Assembly: GCA_963705915.1 (NCBI GenBank)
Contig: OY970126.1
Coordinates: forward strand, 168,306 to 232,305
Origin: an uncultured bacterium
Lineage (GTDB): Bacteria > Patescibacteriota > Minisyncoccia > UBA6257 > 2-01-FULL-56-20
Direction: 5' to 3'
DNA length: 64,000 nt
The position numbers and the translations under genes are program-made. The number at the start of each line of letters is the position of its first letter. Position 1 is the first letter of the stretch. A model generated the notes under the pieces. The model saw only the letters and a program-made list of their open reading frames with translations. It searched no databases and was not told the DNA's origin. Shown one piece after another: positions 35,089 through 43,488 of the stretch.

Positions 35089-35868
35089 TTACTTGCAGCG
35101 TTGCGGGGGTTTCTTGTTGATGATCAACCTCGAATTCCCCGAATTGGCAACGTTCCCGCCGTAAGCCGTACTACTGCCGCCGGCCGCGTTTGCCGTGCCG
35201 CCAGTTGCAGAAGATGTACTGCTGGAATTTCCAGCATTGCTGATCGTCGCTCCACCGCCATTTTGCGTGACGTTGAACGTGATCCCTCCGGTTCCAGGTG
35301 AGCCGCCGCCAGAATTCGAGCTGGAGTTTTTATTCCCCCAGACGCCGATGCCATCCTCGACGGCAATGAATCCAGTTGCCGCAAACGTACCGATGGTACC
35401 GATTTCGATACCGGTAAGTTTGCCGCTCTGGTCTTTTGCGTCTCGATCCAAAGCCATGACGGCGTCCTTCGTTCCGTTGTCCGGGACGATGACGTTCGGC
35501 ATGGTCGGTGCCTGTGCCGGCTGCTGGGTGAGACTCCTGAGGAGGGCTGCTTTTATGTCGGGATCCATAGTCGGTTGTGCTGGCTGGTTTCTGCTCGCAT
35601 CGCGCAGCGCATTTGCGGCGTCGCTCAGATTGCGAGCGGCATCCGCTTGTGCCTGAGCCGCTGCCTTGAGGTCGGAAGCGTTCACGCTGACCTTCACGGT
35701 CTGCGGTTGTGCGCAGGGGTTCGAACACGGATTCGTATTGCAGCAGCAGGTATTGTTACCGCAGTTTTGGTTTGCATTGTTAGCCGCGGGTTGCGTCTGT
35801 GCCGATGTCACGACAGCGAGCATCAGGCCGATGGCGAGCATAGTGACTGCGAAGGTTGCTTTTTTCAC
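35089..35868 (-). CDS. Secreted Cys-cluster and Gly/Ser/Asn-rich low-complexity protein
   Basis: GTG start with a perfect SD (AGGAGAattttGTG). Signal peptide KKATFAVTMLAIGLMLAVVTSA. CGNNTCCCNTNPCSNPC cluster, then a G/S/N/T-rich tail. Confidence 0.5.
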   Translation of the reverse strand: MKKATFAVTMLAIGLMLAVVTSAQTQPAANNANQNCGNNTCCCNTNPCSNPCAQPQTVKVSVNASDLKAAAQAQADAARNLSDAANALRDASRNQPAQPTMDPDIKAALLRSLTQQPAQAPTMPNVIVPDNGTKDAVMALDRDAKDQSGKLTGIEIGTIGTFAATGFIAVEDGIGVWGNKNSSSNSGGGSPGTGGITFNVTQNGGGATISNAGNSSSTSSATGGTANAAGGSSTAYGGNVANSGNSRLIINKKPPQRCK

Positions 35869-35887
35869 AAAAATTCTCCTTTGGTTG

Positions 35888-37156
35888 CTATCGTTGATGA
35901 TTTTCGCGGGCAGGATTAAAGCCCGTCGCTCGCATGCGAGAGGCGGCGACATTAAAGGCGAGTTGCTTCTGTTTGTTTACCGTGCGGTGATCGAGGATGG
36001 ATTCTCCAACAAGAGAAGCCATTGCTCGCGGGTCGAATTGAGATCGTCTCCCAAATTCGAATGCTTGGCGAAGTGCCGTTTTGAACTTGCTCGGACCTCT
36101 GATGTGGTGGCCATTTTGGATAAGAGCCGGCGCATTGAGCTTGAGCCCTTGTCCGTGGATATCAGCCCACACCGCCGAATTGGCTGTTCGCGTCGGATAC
36201 TCCGGAAGGAGCATCTTAAGCGCGAGCGATCCATTTGGATTGCGTGCCGTTGTGACAAGGACTGGCGTCTTCGTCCATAGCGGCGTCCCGTTTCCATCGA
36301 CACCGTTTTGCTTCCAATAGTAGGCAGCGTACGTTTGGTCTTCGGGAATAGCGGTTGAGGCGGGATGATCCACGGGGATGTCCACTTCGTATAACACCGG
36401 GCCTTGTGGAGGGATAAGCTCGGCTGGCTCGAAAGCGACTTGCTTAGAAACCAGGTTGAGCCATTCACTCTGAGGCCGTGGCATAGAGACTCCGGAATAC
36501 ATCGCGAGCGGGAGATCTGTCGATTGGATCGACGGAGCTGGCGCTTGGATATCCGTTGCTTCTTGGTTTGCCGTTGCGGTTGGGATCGGCGAAACTTGCC
36601 CGCTCGGTTTCAGTGGCTGGATCGCGCGAGACGACGCCGGAGCTCCGAATTTCATTGTGAAGATTCGTTGCTTCAGTTTCAGTTCACGTTTTCCAACTTT
36701 GATCGCGCAGGGAAGCTGTAATACCGACCCTGCGTAGAGCCACATGTTCTTCGCGGCGATACCTACCGAGCCATTCACTTTCACATGGTTCGCAAGATAC
36801 GCAGTGGCTTCGGGATAACCGTTGCCATAAGCGTCTTTCGCGAGTTGTGAAACGCTGTACTCCTGAGGATGAGCGATCGATGGCACTTCGAAGTTTTTGC
36901 CGTCGTATTTCACTTCGTCCGCTGGAGCTGGCGTTGGTGTTGGCGATAGAGCAGGTGCCGGGTTGGTCACCGTTTTTTGCGGTGACTGGATGCTCTCTTT
37001 CGCTGGGACGTTTGGGAACCAATACCGTCCAGCTAAGAAAAAGAGAGCGCAGGCGACCACGAATAGCAATGCGAGCAGAATCTTCCTTCCGGTAGCCGGG
37101 GAATCCTGCACGATGGTCGTCGCTTGTTCGTCTCTCAATATTTCTTTCATGACCAT
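35888..37156 (-). CDS. Membrane-anchored extracytoplasmic protein, possibly with a LysM-like segment
   Basis: N-terminal transmembrane segment, a Pro/Thr-rich linker, and a LysM-like stretch (YSVSQLAKDAYGNG...LYAGSVLQLP); 422 aa. Confidence 0.4.
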   Translation of the reverse strand: MVMKEILRDEQATTIVQDSPATGRKILLALLFVVACALFFLAGRYWFPNVPAKESIQSPQKTVTNPAPALSPTPTPAPADEVKYDGKNFEVPSIAHPQEYSVSQLAKDAYGNGYPEATAYLANHVKVNGSVGIAAKNMWLYAGSVLQLPCAIKVGKRELKLKQRIFTMKFGAPASSRAIQPLKPSGQVSPIPTATANQEATDIQAPAPSIQSTDLPLAMYSGVSMPRPQSEWLNLVSKQVAFEPAELIPPQGPVLYEVDIPVDHPASTAIPEDQTYAAYYWKQNGVDGNGTPLWTKTPVLVTTARNPNGSLALKMLLPEYPTRTANSAVWADIHGQGLKLNAPALIQNGHHIRGPSKFKTALRQAFEFGRRSQFDPRAMASLVGESILDHRTVNKQKQLAFNVAASRMRATGFNPARENHQR

Positions 37157-37374
37157 TCTCCTTCGTTGGATTCGAGGGCTCCGACAACTGCATCACATTT
37201 CTCACATTCGCTTCATGCGGCCACAGTATGGTCCACTACGCGACAATGATCGATGTTCTGATAGCTGTACATTGTTTTGTCCTATTGCTTCATGCGGCTG
37301 CTTCTGCAGTCCACTACACAAGAGAAACGCAAACAAGTTTTTCAGAGCTTTTTACTGATAGTGTTGAACGAAAA

Positions 37375-37905
37375 TCATTGCGCCTGCTTTGCAAAAACAA
37401 CTTCGACAGGCTCAATCTTTTTGGCGTCGAATAGCGAACTCAACATCTGGTGTCGCTTTTCGAATATCACCGCATCGCCATTGTTTTGGGCGGCGGTGAT
37501 GATCTTGGCATGGGTTGTTTTGCTAAAGTAGCAGCCCGTTGCTTCGAAGGCGAGCCCTTCTTTCCAGAGGACGACGTAGATCAGCTGCAGAGAAATCTCT
37601 TTCCTGCAACAGAATTCCTTAAACTCGTCTTCAGTCGGATCAAACAAATGTCCGTTCAGAATGCGAAAGACTTTTTCCTTGGATTGCGCAGCTGGGTTTT
37701 TGCGGACGGGGCTCATAAGCGCCCCGTTTGCCGTAGTGATGATGAATGCCAAGACGAAAGCTATTGCGCCCGCGACTAGTGCATAGTCCCAGGGATAACT
37801 CTTCATCTTCCCATAATAGAAGATCGTGACGAGAGCCGACGCGATGCTTGCAAGCATCGCAAGGTTGGCGTAGGACTTCACCTCAGACTTATCCACCTGT
37901 GTCAT
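37375..37905 (-). CDS. hypothetical membrane protein
   Basis: 176 aa with two transmembrane segments and no motifs. Confidence 0.35.
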   Translation of the reverse strand: MTQVDKSEVKSYANLAMLASIASALVTIFYYGKMKSYPWDYALVAGAIAFVLAFIITTANGALMSPVRKNPAAQSKEKVFRILNGHLFDPTEDEFKEFCCRKEISLQLIYVVLWKEGLAFEATGCYFSKTTHAKIITAAQNNGDAVIFEKRHQMLSSLFDAKKIEPVEVVFAKQAQ

Positions 37906-38041
37906 GCGGGTAACCTCTCTGATTTTGAATTGTGAAGAGTGCTAGCGCACCATAGATAGTACGCTTCTGCGAGACGTTTTTGACGGATCACGCAGTGCGG
38001 AGAGAGTATCATACTTTAGCCGCATTGTCAATAACTTTTCC

Positions 38042-38078
38042 AAAAAAAACCGCCCAACGCGGGCGGCCTTTTTTTGTG
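38042..38078 (-). terminator. Bidirectional rho-independent terminator downstream of rpmE
   Basis: AAAAAAAA-CCGCCC-aacgc-GGGCGG-ccTTTTTTT. Confidence 0.55.
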
Positions 38079-38092
38079 CGGAAGCTAGTCAA

Positions 38093-38338
38093 TTATTGCT
38101 GTTTCTTCACGCGCACTTTCTTTGGCTTCGGCTCAACAGCTTTTGCTCGACGGCTCTTAAATTTCTCAACGCGTCCAGCGGTGTCGATGAGTTTTTCTTC
38201 GCCGGTATAAAAAGGATGACACCTAGAACAGATTTCCACGCGGATTTCGGCTTTCGTCGCACCGGTCACAAAAGAATTGCCGCAGGCGCAGATGACTTTT
38301 GCTTCGGGGAAATAGGTTGGATGGATATCGGTTTTCAT
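38093..38338 (-). CDS. rpmE: 50S ribosomal protein L31
   Basis: [23 protein letters not shown]...[10 protein letters not shown] (zinc-ribbon L31). Start at the internal Met of the 38377 ORF. Confidence 0.85.
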   Translation of the reverse strand: MKTDIHPTYFPEAKVICACGNSFVTGATKAEIRVEICSRCHPFYTGEEKLIDTAGRVEKFKSRRAKAVEPKPKKVRVKKQQ

Positions 38339-38434
38339 AATGGAAATAATTATAGCTCTTGATTTTTTAATTGTCAAAACCTACACTGCGCGTAGAAGTG
38401 GTAGTACCAACCCAACATTGAACGGAGGTGCAGG

Positions 38435-38788
38435 ATGCAAAAGAGGGCCTCAGGGCATTTGCTTTTGCAAATGCTTGTCATCGCCACGATACTGATTATT
38501 GTCGGCATAGTCTCGTTCGCAAGGCGATCGAATGAAAGGGCCGCCAAAGATTTTCCTAGCAGATTTCCTGAGATCAAGGATGTTCCTCGATCGAGCACTG
38601 CTTGCATCGATGACAAGAAAGCCATCGACAAGCGCATCCAGGAGTTGCGTATGACGCTCGGCGAAGCCGACCTCAGTGACTCGGGGGACCGCGGAAAGGT
38701 GTTAAAGGAATTGAAGGCGGCTGCTTGGGACGCAAACACGTTGTGCGATACGGTAAATGGACACATCGATACCGAAGACGACGATTAA
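38435..38788 (+). CDS. hypothetical small membrane protein
   Basis: 117 aa with an N-terminal transmembrane segment. Confidence 0.3.
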   Translation: MQKRASGHLLLQMLVIATILIIVGIVSFARRSNERAAKDFPSRFPEIKDVPRSSTACIDDKKAIDKRIQELRMTLGEADLSDSGDRGKVLKELKAAAWDANTLCDTVNGHIDTEDDD

Positions 38789-38837
38789 GATTTGGGTTTC
38801 GCCCGCACAACCACGTGCGGGCGCATTTTTATTGTGG

Positions 38838-38865
38838 TTGACATCCTTCGGGTGTTTGTTACAAT
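38838..38865 (+). promoter_or_regulatory. Sigma70-type rRNA promoter (TTGACA, 16 nt, TGtTACAAT)
   Basis: TTGACA at 38838-38843 and an extended -10 TGTTACAAT at 38857-38865, about 165 nt upstream of the mature 16S 5' end. Confidence 0.5.
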
Positions 38866-39029
38866 GGAACTCGGCTGTAAAAGCGGCCACTGAACGATCA
38901 TTTACAACTGAATAGCAGTAGAGAGTTTTTTAGTTGTCCCAAGAATTCTTTTGGCGACGTTTTTCAAAATGTCGCATGATATTCATTCGAACCCCTCTAT
39001 AGAGGGTTTGAATGTAAGTTCAAATCTTT

Positions 39030-40538
39030 TTTCAGAGGATTTGATCCTGGTCCAGGATGAACGCTGGCGGCGTGGATAAGGCATGCAAGTCGAGCGATCT
39101 ATTAGTAGCAATACTGATAGGGAGCGGCGAACGAGTTAGTAACACCTTGGTACGTACCTCGAAGATGGGCACAGCTCGCCGAAAGGCGGGGTAATTCTCA
39201 ATATTGTCGCAAGACGAAAGTCGCAAGACGCTTCGAGATCGGCCTAGGTCCGATCAGCTAGTTGGTGAGGTAACGGCTTACCAAGGCTATGACCGGTAGG
39301 GGAGGTGAGAGCCTGACCCCCAACGACGGAACTGAGACACGGTCCGTACACCTACGGGTGGCAGCAGTCGAGAATATTCGACAATGGGCGAAAGCCTGAT
39401 CGAGCGACGCCGCGTGCAGGATGAAGGCCTTCGGGTCGTAAACTGCGGTAGTACAGTAACAATGTAAATGAGTGCTGTATGGAAAGAGGTGGGTAACTAC
39501 GTGCCAGCACCAGCGGTAAAACGTAGACCTCAAGCGTTATCCGGATTTATTGGGCGTAAAGCGCGTGTAGGAGGTTTTGTGCGTCTTCTGTTAAAGCCCA
39601 GGGCCTAACCCTGGAATCGCAGGAGATACGACAGAACTAGAGGAGGTTAGAGGTGCATGGAACTCACGGTGTAGGGGTGAAATCCGTTGATATCGTGGGG
39701 AACACCAAAGGCGAAGGCAGTGCACTGGGACCTTCCTGACTCTGAGATGCGAAAGCGTGGGGAGCAAAAAGGATTAGATACCCTTGTAGTCCACGCCCTA
39801 AACGATGTCTGTTTGGTGTTTCGAGTATCGACCCTCGGAGTGCCGTAGCTAACGCGTTAAACAGACCGCCTGGGAAGTACGATCGCAAGATTAAAACTCA
39901 AAGGAATAGACGGGGACTCGCACAAGCGGTGGAACATGAGGTTTAATTCGACAGTAAGCGAGGAACCTTACCAAGGCTTGAAATGTATGTCGACGGGTGA
40001 TGGAAACATTGCCCTTCTCACAAGGACAGTATACGCAGGTGCTGCATGGTTGTCGTCAGCTCGTGGTTTGAACTGTTCCCTTAAGTGGGGTAACGAGCGC
40101 AACCCCTATTACGCGTTACAAGTGTCGCGTGAAACTGCCCAGCACAAAGATCGGAATCAAATGATTGTGATCTTCGTGCTGGGAGGAAGGAGGGGATGAC
40201 GTCAAATCCGCATGGCCCTTTGATGCCTTGGGCTACACTCGTGTTACAATGGCCGCGACAATGGGTTGCCAACCCGCAAGGGGGAGCTAATCCCATCAAA
40301 CGTGGCCCCAGTTCGGATTGGAGGCTGAAACCTGCCCCCATGAAGCCGGAATCGCTAGTAATCGCAGATCAGCCACGCTGCGGTGAATACGTTCTCGAGT
40401 CCTGTACTCACTGCCCGTCAAGCCAAGGGAGCCGGTAATAGGTGAAATCTCACTCACGTGGGATCAATCTAAGATCGGTGACATGGGCTAAGTCGTAACA
40501 AGGCACGCGTAGCGGAAGCTGTGCGTGGATCAATTAAA
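39030..40538 (+). rRNA. 16S ribosomal RNA (divergent; no canonical anti-Shine-Dalgarno)
   Basis: 5' end ...GAGGATTTGATCCTGGTCCAGGATGAACGCTGGCGGCGTG. Internal GTGCCAGCACCAGCGGTAAAAC. 3' end GTCGTAACAAGG...GCGTGGATCAATTAAA, which replaces GGATCACCTCCTTA. Flanked by a 13-bp complementary processing stem (38930-38942 and 40590-40602). Confidence 0.9.
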
Positions 40539-40633
40539 CTATCTTAAAAATAGTTAAGTCGAACATTGCGTTCGCGCAATGGGTTAGCGTTGGGACAACT
40601 AAAAAGCTCTTTGCATGTGGTAAAATAAAGCTT

Positions 40634-41015
40634 ATGGCAGATGAATCAAAAAAGGTTATGGTGATTGAGGACGACCGTTTCTTGTCGACCCTCGTTAAGG
40701 CGCGTCTTGAAAAAGAAGGTTTCGTCGTTGTTCAAGCATTTGACGGCGAAGAGGCACTCGAGACGCTGCGGCGGGATTCGCCTCCCAATCTCATCATTCT
40801 CGACCTCATCATGCCAAAGGTCACAGGCTTCGAGCTTTTGCAGACTGTTTCCATCACGCCGGGATTGGCCACCATCCCCGTCGATCATCCTCAGTAACTT
40901 GGCCCAAGATTCAGACATCGAAAAGGCCAAGCAGTTGGGCGCCAAAGAATATTTTGTAAAGGTAAAAGTATCGATCGATGACCTCGTCGGCAAAATAAAA
41001 TCACTCGTACAATAA
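40634..41015 (+). pseudogene. Response-regulator receiver domain gene interrupted by a +1 frameshift (or a homopolymer sequencing error)
   Basis: Frame A (40634-40897) encodes KVMVIEDDRF...LIILDLIMPKVTGFELLQ.... Frame B continues IILSNLAQDSDIEKAKQLGAKEYFVK.... The shift falls at the CCCCG/TCG site around 40876-40883. Confidence 0.5.
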
Positions 41016-41022
41016 TTTCATC

Positions 41023-41325
41023 ATGATCAGCGAAGACATCCAAAAACAAATCCGTCCCGGCGCGAAGGTTCGTGTCTATGAGGGCAAGACCCCATTCACC
41101 GGCCTCGTCATTGCACGCAAACACGGCTCCGAGCCGGGTGCCACGTTCACCGTGCGTACCGTGCTCGCAGGCGTCGGCGTGGAAAAAGTGTATCCAATTC
41201 ATTCGCCTGCAATTGTAAAAGCGGAAATCGTTTCAAGTCCAAAGAAAATCCATCGTTCAAAGCTCTATTTCGTCCGTAAGATTTCGGGTGCGCGCATCCG
41301 CCAGAAGCTCGACGTATCGCTCTAG
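41023..41325 (+). CDS. rplS: 50S ribosomal protein L19
   Basis: PGAKVRVYEG...FTGLVIARKHG...TFTVRTV..GVGVEKVYPIHSP. Confidence 0.85.
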   Translation: MISEDIQKQIRPGAKVRVYEGKTPFTGLVIARKHGSEPGATFTVRTVLAGVGVEKVYPIHSPAIVKAEIVSSPKKIHRSKLYFVRKISGARIRQKLDVSL

Positions 41326-41350
41326 TCTCATTTCACGATCCAAAAAAGTA

Positions 41351-41380
41351 AAAAACCCCGGTCCGAAGACTGGGGTTTTT
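41351..41380 (+). terminator. Bidirectional rho-independent terminator
   Basis: AAAAA-CCCCGGTC-cgaa-GACTGGGG-TTTTT. Confidence 0.5.
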
Positions 41381-41399
41381 GGTGCGGCTGCGTTCGAGG

Positions 41400-41786
41400 T
41401 TAGATCCTTAGCTGAAAGGATTTGGCGGCCGTCGAACGACCACAACCGAATTGCGGTGCATAGATGACGTTGAACTTTTGAAGAACAGCCTGACCAGTCG
41501 GGGATCGTGCGAGGTCGCACGAGGTCTTCAGTGCTTCGAGGTCGGGGCGATGCTGCCCGCGCATCATATCGATGGCTGCGAAGGCGGCGGACGGTGCAAA
41601 CGGATCAAAGGGAGGAGCGTGTGCTGTGGCGGCAACGGGTGTTGTGATTGGAGAACGATTCAGGTTCGCGGTACCTGGCGACATTACTACAACAACAATC
41701 GCGAGTGCAGCGAGCCAGAGTGAGAGCCAAAGCCTGGTTCTCATCGTTTGGGCTCCTTGTGAAGCTCGAATCAAACAGAAAAACAA
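41400..41786 (-). CDS. hypothetical secreted protein
   Basis: 128 aa with an N-terminal signal peptide (WLSLWLAALAIVVVVMSPGTA). Confidence 0.35.
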   Translation of the reverse strand: MFFCLIRASQGAQTMRTRLWLSLWLAALAIVVVVMSPGTANLNRSPITTPVAATAHAPPFDPFAPSAAFAAIDMMRGQHRPDLEALKTSCDLARSPTGQAVLQKFNVIYAPQFGCGRSTAAKSFQLRI

Positions 41787-41867
41787 CTACCTCTAAGTGT
41801 AGCATAGCGGCTCTTTCATTGAAATTATTGCCAAAGCTGTATTATAATCCCGAAGTGCTTTATATAT

Positions 41868-41951
41868 GCGCGGGTGGCGAAATTGGCAGACGCATCACCT
41901 TGAGGTGGTGACGCCCGTAAGGGCTTGCAGGTTCAAATCCTGTCCCGCGCA
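41868..41951 (+). tRNA. tRNA-Leu (anticodon GAG), long variable arm
   Basis: Acceptor GCGCGGG/CCCGCGC, D-arm GCGAAATTGGCAGACGC, anticodon loop TTGAGGT, long variable arm, T-loop TTCAAAT, discriminator A. Confidence 0.8.
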
Positions 41952-42004
41952 CAGGAGAAAATAAAAACGACCCTTAACGAGGGTCAAGCGGAAGTGAGCA
42001 TGTG

Positions 42005-42184
42005 CTACCAACCCACAATAGCAACGCTCGGTTCAAAGCCGGCATTTTTGAGCGCTTTCTCAATTTTGGAGATTTGCGCGGATACGACTTGCCTAATCTT
42101 CGGAAGAGATCGCGAGGGGACACTCTTTTTTCCCGGACGACTGGCTACGATTTTGATGACAACTCGAGCTGTGGTTTTTTGCAT
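42005..42184 (-). CDS. hypothetical small protein with a strong RBS
   Basis: AAGGAG is 8 nt upstream of ATG; 59 aa (MQKTTARVVIKIV...); no recognisable motifs. Confidence 0.3.
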   Translation of the reverse strand: MQKTTARVVIKIVASRPGKKSVPSRSLPKIRQVVSAQISKIEKALKNAGFEPSVAIVGW

Positions 42185-42269
42185 AAGCATATCTCCTTAT
42201 GGAGCTGAGCAGAATATAACAACCAGGGTGGTCAATAGTCAAGCGACAGTGGGAGTATCGGTTAAAAAA

Positions 42270-42305
42270 TAGGTTCGAACTTCGTCCACTACCCCGCGCA
42301 CAAAA
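42270..42305 (+). repeat. Direct repeat copy 1 (TAGGTTCGAACttcGTCCAcTACcCCGCGCACAAAA)
   Basis: About 28 of 36 nt identical to the copy at 42827-42864. Shares CCGCGCACA with the 3' end of tRNA-Leu. Confidence 0.4.
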
Positions 42306-42369
42306 TCCGTCTAACGCGTTAAAGGTAATACACCGCACAATTGCAGCTCCATTTTGCTAAAATATATTT

Positions 42370-42801
42370 ATGATGAAAATAGAAATGACGGATTCAGATA
42401 TTAAGACTCTTGATCGATTGGTCGGTACATGGAAAGTATCGGGTGATGCGCAGGGCCAAATCAAATATGAATGGATGGAAGGCGGACTCTTTCTCGTGCA
42501 ACATGTTGATCTACAATACGGCGGGAGAAAAATAAAAGGCATCGAAATCATTGGTCATATGAAGCAGCCCAATGAACGACCGAGCAAAGAAATATGGAGT
42601 CGCTTTTACAGCTCTCTTGATGGCCTGACGCTCGATTACGTTTATGAACTTACCGACAATATTCTCACGATCTGGTTCGGTCATAAGGATTCCGACAATC
42701 ACATGAAGAGCGTTTTCGACCCCAGCGGAAATAATTTTTCCGCAGAATGGGAATGGCCGGGAGGAGGCTATAAGGTTACGGGAACTAGGTTAGTAGGATA
42801 A
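42370..42801 (+). CDS. hypothetical protein (lipocalin/DUF1579-like pattern?)
   Basis: 143 aa (LVGTWKVSGDAQG...EWMEGGLFLV.....G..IKGIEIIG) in a low-GC segment flanked by the direct repeats. Confidence 0.4.
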   Translation: MMKIEMTDSDIKTLDRLVGTWKVSGDAQGQIKYEWMEGGLFLVQHVDLQYGGRKIKGIEIIGHMKQPNERPSKEIWSRFYSSLDGLTLDYVYELTDNILTIWFGHKDSDNHMKSVFDPSGNNFSAEWEWPGGGYKVTGTRLVG

Positions 42802-42826
42802 CTCATCAAAGCTCATTTTCTGGAGG

Positions 42827-42864
42827 TAGGTTCGAACTGAGTCCAGTACTCCGCGCACAAAAAA
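42827..42864 (+). repeat. Direct repeat copy 2 (TAGGTTCGAACtgaGTCCAgTACtCCGCGCACAAAAAA)
   Basis: See copy 1. Followed by a bulged hairpin CCCGACAAGG...CTTTGTCAGGG that can terminate both convergent genes. Confidence 0.4.
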
Positions 42865-42891
42865 GCCCCGACAAGGTCTTGGATAACTTTG

Positions 42892-43392
42892 TCAGGGCGT
42901 TGATGCGTCAGTATTCTCGTCAGTGGCTAACTTGAGCGATTCTTCTTCGAGTATCGGCCGGTACACATTCGTTGCGGCAAGCGTGGATGCTTCAGCCCAT
43001 CGATCGAGTGCATTCACGAGGGCTGTTCGTTTCCGAACTAGAGATCCCTCTCGTTTGCTGTCCGACGACCTTATGAGCGACCTGAGGAAACTGGTTAGTT
43101 CACGAAGATCAGAGGCGAGTCGGTCGATCTCCCGGTAGTGGAACTCAGCAGCGATGCTATCTGGGTCCCCGTTGACCGTGAAAAGCAGGCATTCGATTTC
43201 GGTGAATAATTTTTCAAGGAGCGAATGGGCGTCAAGAAATTTTCTATGAAAACTACCCACCCTTCTGTCGCCGCCTTTTCTTCGATCGTTTGCGCCTGCA
43301 TACATTCTCTGAAGGCGCACAAGTTCTCCCTCGTATGTGGGAGTTCGTCGATCTTCGCCTTTGCGATGATCGTCCATAGCAGCCACCTCCAA
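42892..43392 (-). CDS. hypothetical protein
   Basis: 166 aa, Arg/Asp-rich N-terminus, no motifs. Confidence 0.35.
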   Translation of the reverse strand: MEVAAMDDHRKGEDRRTPTYEGELVRLQRMYAGANDRRKGGDRRVGSFHRKFLDAHSLLEKLFTEIECLLFTVNGDPDSIAAEFHYREIDRLASDLRELTSFLRSLIRSSDSKREGSLVRKRTALVNALDRWAEASTLAATNVYRPILEEESLKLATDENTDASTP

Positions 43393-43488
43393 AGATGAAT
43401 TTTATTCAAGCTGTGCGGATTATATCCTGATTGTTATTGTTGGTCAACGCCCTTTCCTTTTTTTTTGAATTTGCTATAGTGATTCCCA

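Noticed and set aside
35124-36468. Multiple ORFs in both strands over the low-complexity secreted-protein gene
   Set aside because: Low-complexity GC-rich sequence generates open frames in all phases. Only the signal-peptide-bearing frame with a Shine-Dalgarno sequence is kept.
39030-40538. ORFs 39032-39226-, 39258-39533-, 39936-40199+ and others within the 16S rRNA
   Set aside because: They lie inside a structural RNA gene.
41925-42272. 115-aa ORF starting inside tRNA-Leu
   Set aside because: It overlaps the tRNA and a better-supported antisense small gene, and has no RBS.
42270-42305. The direct repeats are themselves partial tRNA genes
   Set aside because: They cannot be folded into a T-arm/acceptor structure (GGTTCGAAC is a palindrome rather than a T-stem-loop). 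Only the terminal CCGCGCACA resembles the tRNA-Leu 3' end.
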